Source: Oikopleura dioica
Lineage: Eukaryota; Animalia; Chordata
NCBI GenBank assembly: GCA_907165135.1
Contig: OU015567.1
Coordinates: 7,998,001-8,062,000, forward strand
Length of the DNA: 64,000 nucleotides
Direction: 5' to 3'
Below are positions 1 through 12,091 of the stretch, one piece after another. Positions within the stretch are counted from its first letter, which is position 1. Every line of letters begins with the position of its first letter. Position numbers and translations under genes: made by a program. The notes under the pieces were generated by a model. The model ran no database searches. It was not told the DNA's origin and worked only from the letters and a program-made list of their open reading frames with translations.

Positions 1-841
1 GTTTTGATATCGAGCGTGCTCATTCTTATTGTTGTCCCAGTAGGTCACGAACTTTTGGCGAATAAGTTTGTTGGAGAACATTGATAGAGAGCTGGCGAAA
101 ACGATTCGAGCGTTGTTTCGGAGCTGAATTCCGGCGAGGAGGGAGATGTCACGACCGACAGCCATTGGGTACTCGCTAATAGGCTCGTTGGGGAACCAGG
201 AGTAGCAGTAGCTGTTGCATTTGACGATTGGAAAAGCGAGTGTATTTTTCTTGTCAATCTTCATTGCGACGGCGTTGTCAATTAGAAGACTAGCGTAGCC
301 AGGAGGGCCGACAATGGGCTCACTTCCGCCGAGGAATGAATCCGAAGCTTTGAGGCTGAATCGGCTGTGGTCGTGCTGAAGCTGATCCCTTTCATAGTCG
401 TAGTTCATATGGGACATCACTTTGGTGCCAGTCTCGTCGTATTCGATTCCAAACTCGGCTCCAAGCTCACGAATAGCATCACCAATGTTGGAAGAGGCAA
501 AAACCATCAAGTTACCGCCGTTTTGAGTGAATTCAACAAAGGTTTTCGTTGTGACATCGCCGCCGAATTGCTCAGTCGATGGAGCCATGATAACCGCGTT
601 TTGGTAAATATTCTTGCCGTATTTTACAAGATGAAGATCTGAAAGAATACGAGTGAATAGCAGAAAAAGAGCATTTGAAATTACCCGCATCATCAGCAAG
701 TTTGTAATGAGTCTCAAACTTTCCATTGAGCTGGTTGAGAACGGAAGAGTACTGCTCCTTCATTCGGTCGTTTTCAAGGACGACGAGCATTTTCGCCCTG
801 GCAGCAAATGCCGCCCCTAGCAGCAGCGCGTGAAGTATCAT
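1..841 (-). CDS. DDOST: Oligosaccharyltransferase 48 kDa subunit (OST48/WBP1), 5' part; gene runs off the left edge
   Basis: ATG at 841 gives a signal peptide (MILHALLLGAAFAARA). After a GT-AG intron at 684-639 the frame continues DLHLVKYGKNIYQNAVIMAPSTEQFGG...GGNLMVFASS...GIQLRNNARIVFASSLSMFSN, which matches OST48 motifs. Confidence 0.9.
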
Positions 842-971
842 TCTAAAATTTTATATTTGATATTTGCTTTCAAAAATGATCTATGAATCGAGTTGATAAA
901 TGCGGCAGTGGATTTCTAAATGGTAAATTTTCCTAGTGTCTCTTTCTCGGAAACTATTTCCTTTGAATCAT

Positions 972-2193
972 CTATTTCTTCGCCTTCTCGCAGATGAGGA
1001 TCAACTTGGAGACGAGCCCGATGAGCTGAGTGAGCGAGGTGGTGCCTTCTATAATTCGCATATGGGAGAGCCCGATTTGTTTGATCCACTCAAGTTTGAT
1101 CAGTTCTGGACTTTTGTGGGTTTTGGAGACCCTGAAAGAATTGAAAATCAAGTTGATTCCGAGGCAAACCTGAATACTGTGGTGATGATATCTTCTGGCG
1201 CATAGCCGTAATTATAGAGCTGTCTGATGATGCCTGTCGCTTCATTGGTTTTTCTTTCCAGGCAAAAATCGAGCATTTTCGAAACCATCAGAGGATGTGG
1301 CTCGTCGCAGACTTTGAAAACATTTTCTGAGTTGACGACGCCCATGCCGGAGTGAGTCGCTAGAAATGAGTTTACTTTAGATTTATTTTTACTAAAAAGG
1401 AATTACCTTGAAGATTGTTGAGTGCTTGACGCATGTCGCCCTGTGCTGTGAATAAAATTGCTTCGAGCCCCTTTTGATCATGATCGACATTCTCGTCTTA
1501 AAATTTTTCGTGAAAAAAACGGAACCAACGAAGGAAGTTCTTACGTTTGATGACTTCAGTGATTCTTGTAAGCACTTGCACATCTGAAAGCTTCGAGTAG
1601 CGGAGCACAGCGCATCGCGATTGAATCGGCTCAATTATCTTTTCCGAATTGTTGCAGGCGAGGGCGAATCTCGTCGTCTTCGAGTAAATCTCCATTGTTC
1701 GCCGAAGAGCTTGCTGAGCTCCTTCTGTCATTGAGTCAGCCTCATCCAGGATGATGATTTTATGCTTTCCCGGCGGAAGAGTGCATTTTTTCTGCGCGAA
1801 CATTTTAATTCTAAAAATATTTTATACAAAACACATAAATCGTAGATCCTGACTTACTTGTTTCTTACAACGTCGATTCCTCGATCATTTGAAGCGTTCA
1901 ACTCGAGAACAGCATCATTAAAATTGTCGCCAAGCATTGTCCGAGCAAGGCACAATATTGACGTTGTTTTTCCACATCCAGGAGGTCCTTGAAAACAAAA
2001 CAGTAAACCTGGAAATTGTTTTCTATCTGATTTTACCTGCAATGATAATATTTGGCAAATTTCCTTCTTTCGCAAAAACGGCGAGTCTCTCTACGGTTTC
2101 TTTATTTCCAGCAATATCGGACATAAACGTCGGGCGGTACTTTTCAACCCATGGCAGGTTGTAGCCCTGGTTTCTTTCCATATCAACTTCCAT
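972..2193 (-). CDS. RFC2: Replication factor C subunit 2
   Basis: Spliced product has LPWVEKYRP, Walker [58 protein letters not shown] and the SRC motif. All five introns read are GT-AG; stop at 972-974. Confidence 0.95.
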
Positions 2194-2479
2194 TCTACAA
2201 ACAACGAAAAATTCATTTTTAAGACTGAATAATGGGCAATCTCGGGGACAGAAAAACGCTGGAAAAGTGCCACGAAGATAGCCCTAGGGCGAATTCGCCC
2301 GCTTCGCCAGTAAGAAGCTCTGGTGCAGGAAATAAATTATTTTAACCTTTATTCCAAGAGCTTTAATCAAATGAGGTGAACAGGGTTGTAGATCATTCAG
2401 TAAGACATTATTTACAGTACGTCTAATCCATAAGGCAAGGAACTATTAATGGGCATTGAGGACAGTACGGAAGATTCAA

Positions 2480-5432
2480 TCACAAATTCGAAAATTTTTG
2501 ACTGAGAAGATGGAAGATAAGTGAGCTTAGTCCAACGCAAGCAGCCGCATAAAACAACGCCTAAAATTATCATTAGTAGTAGGAAATTCATCAAGGAATA
2601 CCTGTGAGAAGAGAATTTCCTGGAGATAGGTGTAGAGAGCCGGCCCGACCATAAAAGACGAGTCGATTAAAAATGCGTAGATCATGAAAGCGGTCGGAAG
2701 TCGTTCATATCCAGCCAAATCCACAATGATACCTAGTTTGAAAAGTTATCAAAGGTTATTAAGGAATTCTCTTACATGTTGGTAGCCCACCAACGAAAGC
2801 AAAAGAAAATCCTTGAGCAACGGCAATAGCAAGCAATACTCTTGTAGTACTCGCAAGCGGCGTGAGGCCCAAGGAAACGGCAGTGATGATTGTAGCGAAA
2901 GTCATGAGTTCGAATTTGAGGCCGCTCTTCTTGTTCAGAGCGGTCGAAAGGATTGGGCGGAAGATCACTTCTGAGATTGATTGAACGAGGGCTACTTCGG
3001 CGGCAAAAGAGTATGAATATCCCTTCTCCGTTAAGTACGGATACAAAAGAGTAGTTGACGAGTAACATGTCCAAAAGAGCAGTTGGGCGAGGCCGAATAA
3101 AATAACCGCTGGCGATTTCAAAAGACTCCAGGAAAATGGAGCTTTTTTTGTGTTGACTGGACAGGAAGGACATTCGATGAGCATCAACGAAATCCACAGA
3201 AGATTGAGACTAATTCCTGCTTGAATAAGACACGTACTTCTCCAGGTATAAGTTTCAAAGAGATAGGTCCACAAAGGGTTGAGAATGAAGCCGCCTAGTG
3301 GGACGCCACAGTAAACGATTCCGTTGCCGAAGACGCGCTTTTTATTCATCCAGCCCTAAATTTAATTAGAATGGTTCGTTTCCAAAATCAGGTCATTCCC
3401 GTAGCGGGACTTCTTCAGCTATTATTTAAGGGTGTCCCCAACGATTTTTTTAAAACGGGCCATAGTTTGAGCTAAAATTTATAGCACTTCCTAAAGACTT
3501 TTTGGTCAAAAAAATTATACCAATTATTATTCAGACCCATTTCTCTGCATTAAATTTAGCAGAATTTCGAAATTGTAATCTTTTAATCCATTACTAGGGA
3601 GGGGACACAAAAAAATGAGCTTTCTCAGCAAACGTCGTAGAGACTTTATTTTTGGTGACAAGATGGAATCAGCCCCAGAAAATTTTTTGGCAAAAAAAAT
3701 TTTTTTGAAATTTTTTCAGGTCACGTGGGAAAGCACTAAATGTATGCTAAAATCGCCGAATGAACATCGATTTTTTTTATTCCTGCATATGTGATAGAGA
3801 ATTCAATTCTGAATCTGGTGGTACCAAAATCTTTTTGGAATCGGCCTCCTAAAGATCCATAATGACTATTTATATGCCTAATTACGTAATAATTATTACG
3901 TAATATAGCAGTTTTTTGTAGATTAAAGTACCTTCTCGATGCAATTCCAAAAAGATTTTGGTACCATTAGATTCAGAATCAAATTCTCTATCACATATCC
4001 GAGAATAAAAAAAATCCATGTTCATTCGGCTATTTTGGCATTTTTGGCACTTTTAATGGCGATTTTCATCACGTGACAATCAAAATTCAAAATTTTTTTT
4101 TCAAGAATTTTTTTTGGTTGGCAATAAAATAACTTATCCCAAAAAAGTTTTTATCGTTGCTGCTACGAGTAAAAAGTCCATTTTTTGTATCCCCACCCTA
4201 TCCATTACCGCTTCTTCAAAGAAGTCTGACTTTTCTATTCTGACCAATCTTTGAGATCGTTTTTCTCGAGTTCAACAAATTCAATTTTCAAATTTCGGGC
4301 AGATCCGGATTCCTTGAACACTCCTCTCTGCATTAAATTTGGCGGATTTTGAAAATTCAACTGCATGCATCTGAGACGATGCATTATCTAAAGCAACGAT
4401 TTTGCTAAAGTTTGTGCTCGATTCTAGCGTAGTTTCTGAAATTGAATTTTCCTAATTTTTACAGGGAAAATAGTTTCATCTATTGACAATCTCCCGGTAC
4501 GCTCAGATTGCGCGCTGATAAATCCCTTAATCCCCTTTCTCGGCGCCAAAGTGCACGTGTTTGCGACTTTTGGCGCACTGTTCGAAAGTGAAAAAATGGT
4601 GTTATCGTGTCGATATGGGCATCATTGGATAGAGAATTTTTCAAGCTTTCAGAAAATATACAGGTTGATATATAAAATCGAAAGTTTGAAAATGACACAT
4701 TTTACAGTGCATTTCTATCGAGCCGTAATGCATTAGCGCGGTCATAGAAACAGTCATATCTCGAGAACCAGATGAGATATTTCAAATCTGAAAGAAGCTT
4801 TAGAATCAGCTTCCCATAATTAACACTAAATAGTTTGTTCACCCGACTAAGAAAACTCGGGCCCGATCGTTGGGGACACCCTCAAGATTCTGTTCCAAGG
4901 AAAAGCATAATGAAAAAACACGTTTTTATAAAAATGAAGCATAAAGTGGAATACTCATCTGATTTCTATTCAGTCGCTTTTTGACTTAATAAATCATCTA
5001 GTCAAATGTCTTTTGAATCAATATTATTTGTAAATTGATAATGATTACCTGGAAAACAATATTCGAAGTATAAACGAACATATTAAAGAAAAAGCCTCCA
5101 GCGACGCCCAACAGAATATGCGCCTCCAGAAGATTCCTCGAAAAAGCAACAGCAGCTTGTGATAAAGAAAGGCCAATCGCACCGAGGAGCATCATTCTTC
5201 GCGTTCCCAAGATGACCAAAATTATCGGAGCAAGCAAACTGTTGATACAGGATCCGATCGTGCTGAAGAAGAAGATGTAGGCAGCAGTGTTCATCGAAAC
5301 ACCAAAGTAGGGCATCCAGGCACTGACGAAGACTCCGTAGCCTCGCATAAGGCCGATCGTAAAGGACCATGCGAAAGAAACGAGAATAAGAACGACGTAA
5401 AAATATCCCTCATCTTCAAAAAGCCTCGACAA
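2480..5432 (-). CDS. MFS monocarboxylate-transporter-like protein (SLC16 family); true start not resolved
   Basis: Multiple hydrophobic TM segments with MCT-like motifs (YGVFVSAWMPYFGVS, WMNKKRVFGNGIVYCGVPLGGFILNPL, IIVDLAGYERLPTAF). A 1.7 kb intron (5048-3356) holds nested MITEs. Stop TGA at 2480-2482. Confidence 0.8.
3430..4881. mobile_element. Non-autonomous DNA transposon (MITE), Kolobok-like ends, in the SLC16 intron
   Basis: 16-bp TIR gggtgtccccaacgat (3430-3445) / atcgttggggacaccc (4866-4881), flanked by ttaa (3426-3429) and tcaa (4882-4885). A TTAA target with GG termini is the Kolobok pattern. Confidence 0.75.
3595..4200. mobile_element. hAT-type foldback MITE nested inside the 3430-4881 element
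   Basis: Exact 8-bp TSD tccattac (3587-3594 and 4201-4208) and imperfect TIRs tagggaggggacacaaaaaaatg / cattttttgtatccccacccta. Long internal inverted arms surround a perfect 24-bp palindrome at 3881-3904. Confidence 0.85.
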
Positions 5433-5717
5433 AGATGAGATTTTTTAATAAAAAAAGATTTGTACTGTTAATGGCGTTCCTGGGAGAACAGAAAGTCCAA
5501 ATCTCCTTCTCTCCGTCTTCATTTCTCTCGGCCGAAATTTCAAGAATTTCTCCCCCCTTGTAGATTTTCACATGGCGCGCCTATTGGTCGAGATTCATCG
5601 CGACTTTCTTACAAATTGTGTTGTAAGAGCGTTCTTCTCTTCCGAATCGATTGTTGAAATCTCTATCGACCATTTGCATATTTGTCGTCGATTTCGCCGA
5701 CTTCAGGGGGTTATAAC

Positions 5718-6239
5718 CTGGCCTCGGAATTCTGACCTGTCTAAAAACCTGAAACAGGTCCTGTTTCCTGTTTTTTGGACCCTGTCTTGCATTTCGAGAC
5801 CAAAATAAACCTGTAAACAGGCCTGTTAACAGGAAATACAGGAAATACAGGAAAACACGCCTGTTTACAGGGACAGCCCTGTAAAATTGAAACAGGCCTG
5901 TAAAAAAATTGCAGGAAAACAGGCGAGAAATGGGGAAGATAAGGTATTTTTCGTAAAAAATTTCTTGGAATTTCTTTCAAATATGTTATAAAGGACCTTT
6001 TATAGTTGAAACTGTCTATAGACATGATAATATCGAGAAAAAAATTCTTAATTTTGATTCTTCAAGGAAGAATTAAAGCCCTGAAATTTGAGTTTACAGG
6101 CCTGCAAAACCTGTAAAACCTGTAAAACAGGACCTGTTCCTGTGTATTTTATCCTGTCCTGTTTCCTGTCTTGCAAATGGGCCAAAAAATAAAATCCCTG
6201 TTCCTGTCCCTGTTCCTGTTTACAGGATTCCGAGGCCAG
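5718..6239. mobile_element. hAT-type MITE upstream of the SLC16 gene
   Basis: TIR ctggcctcggaat / attccgaggccag with exact 8-bp TSD gttataac (5710-5717, 6240-6247). The interior is packed with cctgt/acagg subterminal motifs. Confidence 0.85.
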
Positions 6240-6247
6240 GTTATAAC

Positions 6248-7328
6248 TCGGGACTTGGAATATGTGGGAGGCTCTAAAATAGGTTATATAAAAGATCTAT
6301 CCTAGATTTCACTTTTGTCACAGCCTTTTACGAAATTTCCAAGGAAATCATGGTTTGCGGATCGCTCAAAGTTGAGCTCTCGGCCAAAAAACGCGAAAAT
6401 AGCCTCTATTCAAGGCGTTATAAGTCCAAAGTTTCTAAATAAACCTATTGATTTTATGTTTTTTTTCTCAAAATATAGACCCTTATCTTAAAAATGACAC
6501 AGCATTATACTGTAATCATAAAATTTTCTTGGAAAAATTTTTAAAAGAACCAAGGTACCAAATTTTGACCTTTCACTTTGATAAAATGCCCTGCGGACAT
6601 AGCCCAAATTTACCCTACGTGGTCCTTAACTTCTCAATACACGTGGTCGGTTCAACCGACCACGGCGACTTTGAGCCGCCGTAATTTCTCTTCTGATAAT
6701 CCATTCGACCTGATTTTTGTAATGTGAGCTGAAATGACTAAAACGAACCACTTTGTCAAATTTTGGATGTTTTCTCAAAAGTGGTGGCGTTTGGCACCGC
6801 ATTTATCTTTCATTCTGCAGCTGAAAATCCAAAAAGTTTTTTTCAAAAGTAATTGTAAATCTTGATAGGTGAGTGTTCAAGCTTTCCAGCGATATGTTTT
6901 GCAAATTTTTTGCTTGCCGGAAACGCAAGTTAGAGCTCAAAATTTTGAGCGCTCTTTATCACACTCCGAATTTTGCGCGCCGCGTGGGGCTGAATAATGC
7001 ATTGTGGTCCCCTCACCCGACCCCGTGTTTTGAGCGTTTAGTTGCGCGCCCGTGTATTGAGAAGTTAATAAATGCCCTGAATATAAGCTTTCTAAAAATG
7101 TATCATATGGCACCCTTACAAAGCCCCTAAAAATGGTCAAAATTTCAAAATATTCGGCTAATGGTCAAAATGCACAAAATTTCGCCACTTTCAAACGCAA
7201 TTTGCGGCCAAATGGGTTAAGATAGCCAAAATTATCACAGGGAGGTTTTTGCTCAGAATTTTATGGGCATTCTAAAAATGTGCTCAGATTAAAAATTGGA
7301 TACCCGACCAAAATCGATGACTATACCC
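6248..7328. mobile_element. Possible degenerate DNA-transposon remnant
   Basis: Non-coding stretch ending in ccc|ttaa (7326-7332), like the other TTAA-type ends in the window. No convincing matching left TIR found. Confidence 0.3.
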
Positions 7329-8251
7329 TTAAAACATCGCGTAACAAGCTTTATTGGAAGATTCTCAATAGTAGTAATATTGAATTAATTTATAAATGGT
7401 TGTGGTAAAAATTTTTAATGAAGGTGCAAGCTGATTCTTCAGCCAACACTATCTGCTCTTGAAGATGAGTCGTTGATTTCCTGAGTTTTGATCCCTTTGA
7501 GTAAACTGATAAAAGTGAGGCTTTTTGATTTTTTCGTGTTTTGTTGAACTCTTAAAAATTGCTTGAGCAACGTATAATATACGTCGTATATCGTTGAAAC
7601 TATATACCCGTACAATTGGAGCATCAAAGACAAAATTCGAGCGTAAGCAAGCAGGCAGGCAGGGAAAATATAGTCGAAGTTTGATATTCTTCTTTGAGAG
7701 TCCTCACTTGGTAGAATAGTGCGAAAATGCACTCTCTATTTATGTTCTTGAAAATATTGTGAAGCACTTTCTCAATAATTCTTCGAAAACAAACCAATTA
7801 TATCGTACTCAATAGATATACTCGTACTTAATGCAGATTAACCATCGAGCAATTAGATCTTTCCCAAAAACAACTCCTCCCAAATCGAACGCGCCGATGA
7901 GTACTTTCGTAAATTGAATATAAACCGTCACGACTTCAACCATTAACTCTAGGAAGCTGAAGTATTCTCTAGAAATCTGTATTCTCCTCGTTGTTTTCAA
8001 CCATGGCGCTCAATAGAGTTGCATAATCTGATGACGGAAGCTGTCAAAGAAGATGCCGATCTGGAAAGCCTCAACAAAAGGCGAAAAGAGAGCCTGATTC
8101 AAGGTGATATTTATACTCAACTCTTCGGCTTGAGTCTTTCAAATTTGTACAAACAGTTCATAAAATAGATTTTTTAATTTGAATATCTATTTTGGAAATC
8201 TATTTAGGAGTGCAGAAGATTCTCAAGTAAAATAATCATTTTTAAATTAAG

Positions 8252-9607
8252 AGCTCGCCACACTGAAAAGATTACGAAAAGATGAGAAGGTTAAGGGAGT
8301 TCCCCCACAGATAAAGGCCCTGGTTTCCTTATGTTTGATTGGCATCGTCTGTGGAGCTATTTATTCTGCGATTCCGGCTGAAGAAGAGCAACGAGTTTCG
8401 GTTACTACTACAATTACAACTGCTACTGCTACTTCTACTTCTACTCTTGCTACTACTAATAAATCCGCAACAGTAGCAGCAGTAGTTGCATCTAATGTTA
8501 CAGGTTGATAAATTATTGATATGTAATTTTAGGACATGAACTTAGACCAGGAGAATTTATGCCCTAGTATTCAACAGACTCCAGAAGCGGTGGAATACGA
8601 ATACCTGGACAGATCGCTTACCCAGTTTGTTCATTTCATATTTTTTTGTTTTGTTAACGTCTTAGGTGGATGCATGTCTCTTACGATGGACAGAGCATGG
8701 AGAGAATTTCAGTTTTCAACAAAGACAGAAATATAACTAAACGCGAGATTCGTAGAGAAGAACGAATCGTCGGGGGAGCAGTGACCAGCATTCAGCAGCA
8801 TCCATTTTATGCCAGTCTTTATCTCAACGGTATCATTTTATTGGATTCTCTTCGAACTGATCACTTCAGGCTACGACTCGCACGTGTGCGGAGGTTCACT
8901 GATTACGAAAGAGTGGGTACTTACAGCAGCGCACTGTATCGATGCCTACCCACAGTTGAATAGCTGGAAGATCCACCTCGGTGCCTCATCTGCGCAAGAG
9001 ATTAAAGACCAAAACTACGAGTTTCATCACGAATCTGACCCTTCCGTGCTCGTCCTTCACCCAGACTGGGATCCGATGACCTTTGTTGGAGACATTGCTT
9101 TGATGAAGCTGGAGACTCCAGTTGAAGCCTACACGAGCTATATCCAGCCTCATTGTGTGCACTTGCCCAGTCATGGTCCGACGCTTTCACCGGGTGATCA
9201 AGTCACGGTCGTTGGCTTTGGCCTGACAGATGAGAATGCCAGTGGCGCCTCTGAAAACTTACGTGAGGTTACCCTTGATATGCTATCAGCACAAACTTGC
9301 AATGATGCGTTTGGAGCAAACTGGGTCCTTGAAGATATGATTTGCGCTGGAAAACTTGAAGGTAAGCAAGGTGATGAAAATTGAGGTAACTCGTTTTTCA
9401 GGCGGAAAAGACGCATGCCAGGGTGACTCGGGTGGTCCCCTTTCTTTACCTGAGTACACAAATGATGGCGACCGATGGTGGCTCGTTGGTACTGTCAGTT
9501 TTGGCGTTGGCTGCGCCCGAGAAGGACTCGGTGGAGTTTACGCAGAAGTCCGACATTATGCTGACTGGATTGTCAATACAATCAATCATTATGACAATTA
9601 TCACTAG
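8252..9607 (+). CDS. Trypsin-family (S1A) serine protease, probably type II membrane-anchored with a Thr-rich stalk; 5' end uncertain
   Basis: Activation site R|IVGG, then [17 protein letters not shown] (His), GDIALMKL (Asp) and [12 protein letters not shown] (Ser) across GT-AG introns. An upstream exon encodes a hydrophobic segment ([19 protein letters not shown]) and a TTT-rich stretch. Confidence 0.88.
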
Positions 9608-12091
9608 AAAACATAAAAATATTCTGTATCGTAAATAAACTTGAATTCAATCTCTTTCTATCTCTCTTTCTGACGATAGTACCCGTCGAGTATGGCCAAA
9701 CAGTTAAAGTGGTTTGTGAAACAGACCTATACGACCTGTGTTTCTTTTCAATTTCAAAAGGCGTATAGTAATCTGAATGTCAAACCGCAACAACAGTGGC
9801 AGGTTATAAGTGGAGAAAAGGTGAGATTTCCTTCCAGACTCCACCAGTAGTTCGAAACAACCCAATCACGCGCTTTTTGAGCACGATCTGGCGTCTACCG
9901 CCATCATTGAGCAGAACCTTGTCTCTCTTTGGCGCACCTATAATTTTAATCATTTATTGTTTAATTGCTTGGGTTAGAAAAAGAATAACTTAAACTTAAT
10001 AATAGTAATATCACGATTCAATTCTTAGTCTATTTCTCTATTGTTACTAAGAATTAGCAAAATAATAAAAGTTTCTATCAGAGCAACAAAAAATTTGGCA
10101 GTTTTATTATGATCAAAAAACATACTCTGTGCGCTTTCTCAGCCTTCAAGCTCGAATCTGTTCCCCAAAGATCAATTATCCGAAATGTTATTTACGCGTC
10201 GGTCCAAATCATTTCATAAAGTCACTACAAATTTTAATAGAATATGATGACAAAATTTATTGATTGGCGAATAGTTTGTTCTACTTTGGTCTTTGGATTT
10301 GTTCCAAGTCTTTGATAATTTATGTTTTCTAGCGTATGTAGGTTCTGTATTGGCAGGGCTTCACCGATTAGATTTATTCTTTTACGCTTGGTCGAAAAAG
10401 AACCCTTTGAAAAAGTCGGCTGCCCTTTTCAATAGAGTCTTTTGGGAAAGTTCCAATCTTTCTGGTTTGACGAGAATTTATATTATAAGGATTGTATTAA
10501 TAAAAAGTCTTCTCATGTGATTAAAAATGCTAGAAGTAGATGGTTGACCACCTGATAAAGGATCCTTTTAACGGGGTCTTATCAAAGTATACGATTTTAG
10601 TCTATTCGAGGGTAATTTAGAGCAATTAAGAAAATTCAATTCAATAGTTTTGCCAACTTTTCGAGAGTCAAAAACATCGGTGAAAAGCGTCGTTTCGGCG
10701 ATAAAACGTATGTAACGGACGCTCCTGATAATTGGAGACCTTTGGTGAGTCGTGTACGTTCCCGTGGGGTCGTATTACAGTATCTTTTCCTGGCGATTAG
10801 GAGTCTCCGAGCCATTTTTAGCTGGAAATGGGGAGATCTAGGAGACTTTTCTTGGTTTAAAAACGCTTACATAACTGAAATCTCTCGTTCTCTTAATTTC
10901 TGAAGCGCTAGCTCTATTTTTATCAAAACTTGGCAGTGCTCTAGAAAAAAACTCGCTGTTTCACGGGCTGCTAACTGTACGCTTTATTCGTAATTTTGAA
11001 AAATCGACGTGACGGAGAGGCTAAGTGAGAGCGAAAAGGCGAACCGGTGCCCCTCGCAATTGTCTCTATAATTGTCCAAAAAGCGTCATTTCAAGCGGCA
11101 AAGCTTGGCTAAAGCCTGGCTTGCCGAGCTGAAGGTCACGGTTTCATCATCATCTTCTTCCTTCCCTATTCTTCTCGTTGTCTCCCTTTCTCAAAATTAT
11201 TTGCTCAAAATAAACATAAAACCTTTTCAATAGATGGTCGAAAAGATTTAATTGTAACTCTTGAATAAGGAAGTCCATTATGACTAGGAAAAAGACGGAC
11301 AAGCTCTACAAATGATCTCTCAAGGGCGAACACATTTTTGTTTTATTCGCTTTGAATGGGATCAATCTGCTTGTAAAACCAAGAATGCTGGATCTGCCAA
11401 AATAAGCAATCTTTTGTCCGGCTCATTTCATTTTCGAAAATTTGAACAAACATGTCGCCACGCTTTTTTCAGAGACTGAGTAATTTTGGGTTCAAAACTG
11501 GGAAAAAATTTTCTGAATTCTCTTTTTTCTCAAGCTACCGGCTTATTTTGAAGCTTCTTTTCTCCGTCATTCAGAAGGCGAATTACCGGTGCTCTTTTGA
11601 ACCTCTCTAATTTGACAACCCTAATCACCGCTCGTGAACGCTTTGCCAAAGAAGTACTCGCTCTCTCGTAAAACACTAGAATTTCAAAAACCCTAGAAGT
11701 CAATCTGAGCCTGCTTCGGATTGCTTAGAGGCAGAGCAATCTGTCATTATCTTGTCGTATGTCACTGACTCTGCAATAAAACGAGACTGACCAGAATCAA
11801 AATTCCTTTCTATCCTTAGTTGAAGTTTTCAAACAAAATGACGATCAAAAAAAACGTTATAAAAATAAGAACAACTGTACCAAAGGCTGAATCGAACATA
11901 TCATGATCACATCAACATTGATATGAAATTATATCGAAGGTAATTGCTACGATTGTAAATGACGACGCTCAAACAAGATATGAATATAATTGCTGATTTA
12001 ATTTGCTCGTCATTTTTTCAAACTAAATATAATCCACTTTCAAGAAAGGAATTCTGTTTATATTGGCACTTCAGCGCTAAGTACAGAAGAT

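Noticed and set aside
2281-2300. Overlapping palindromes gccctagggc and gggcgaattcgccc resembling cloning-vector EcoRI flanks
   Set aside because: No further vector sequence on either side; more likely chance or a promoter palindrome upstream of RFC2.
7400-8250. Short ORFs on both strands upstream of the protease
   Set aside because: Several exon chains are possible and none gives a consistent frame into the protease or a recognisable protein.
8503-8532. Possible 30-nt GG-AG intron in the protease gene
   Set aside because: In-phase canonical GT donors exist 20-30 nt upstream, so a non-canonical donor is not required.
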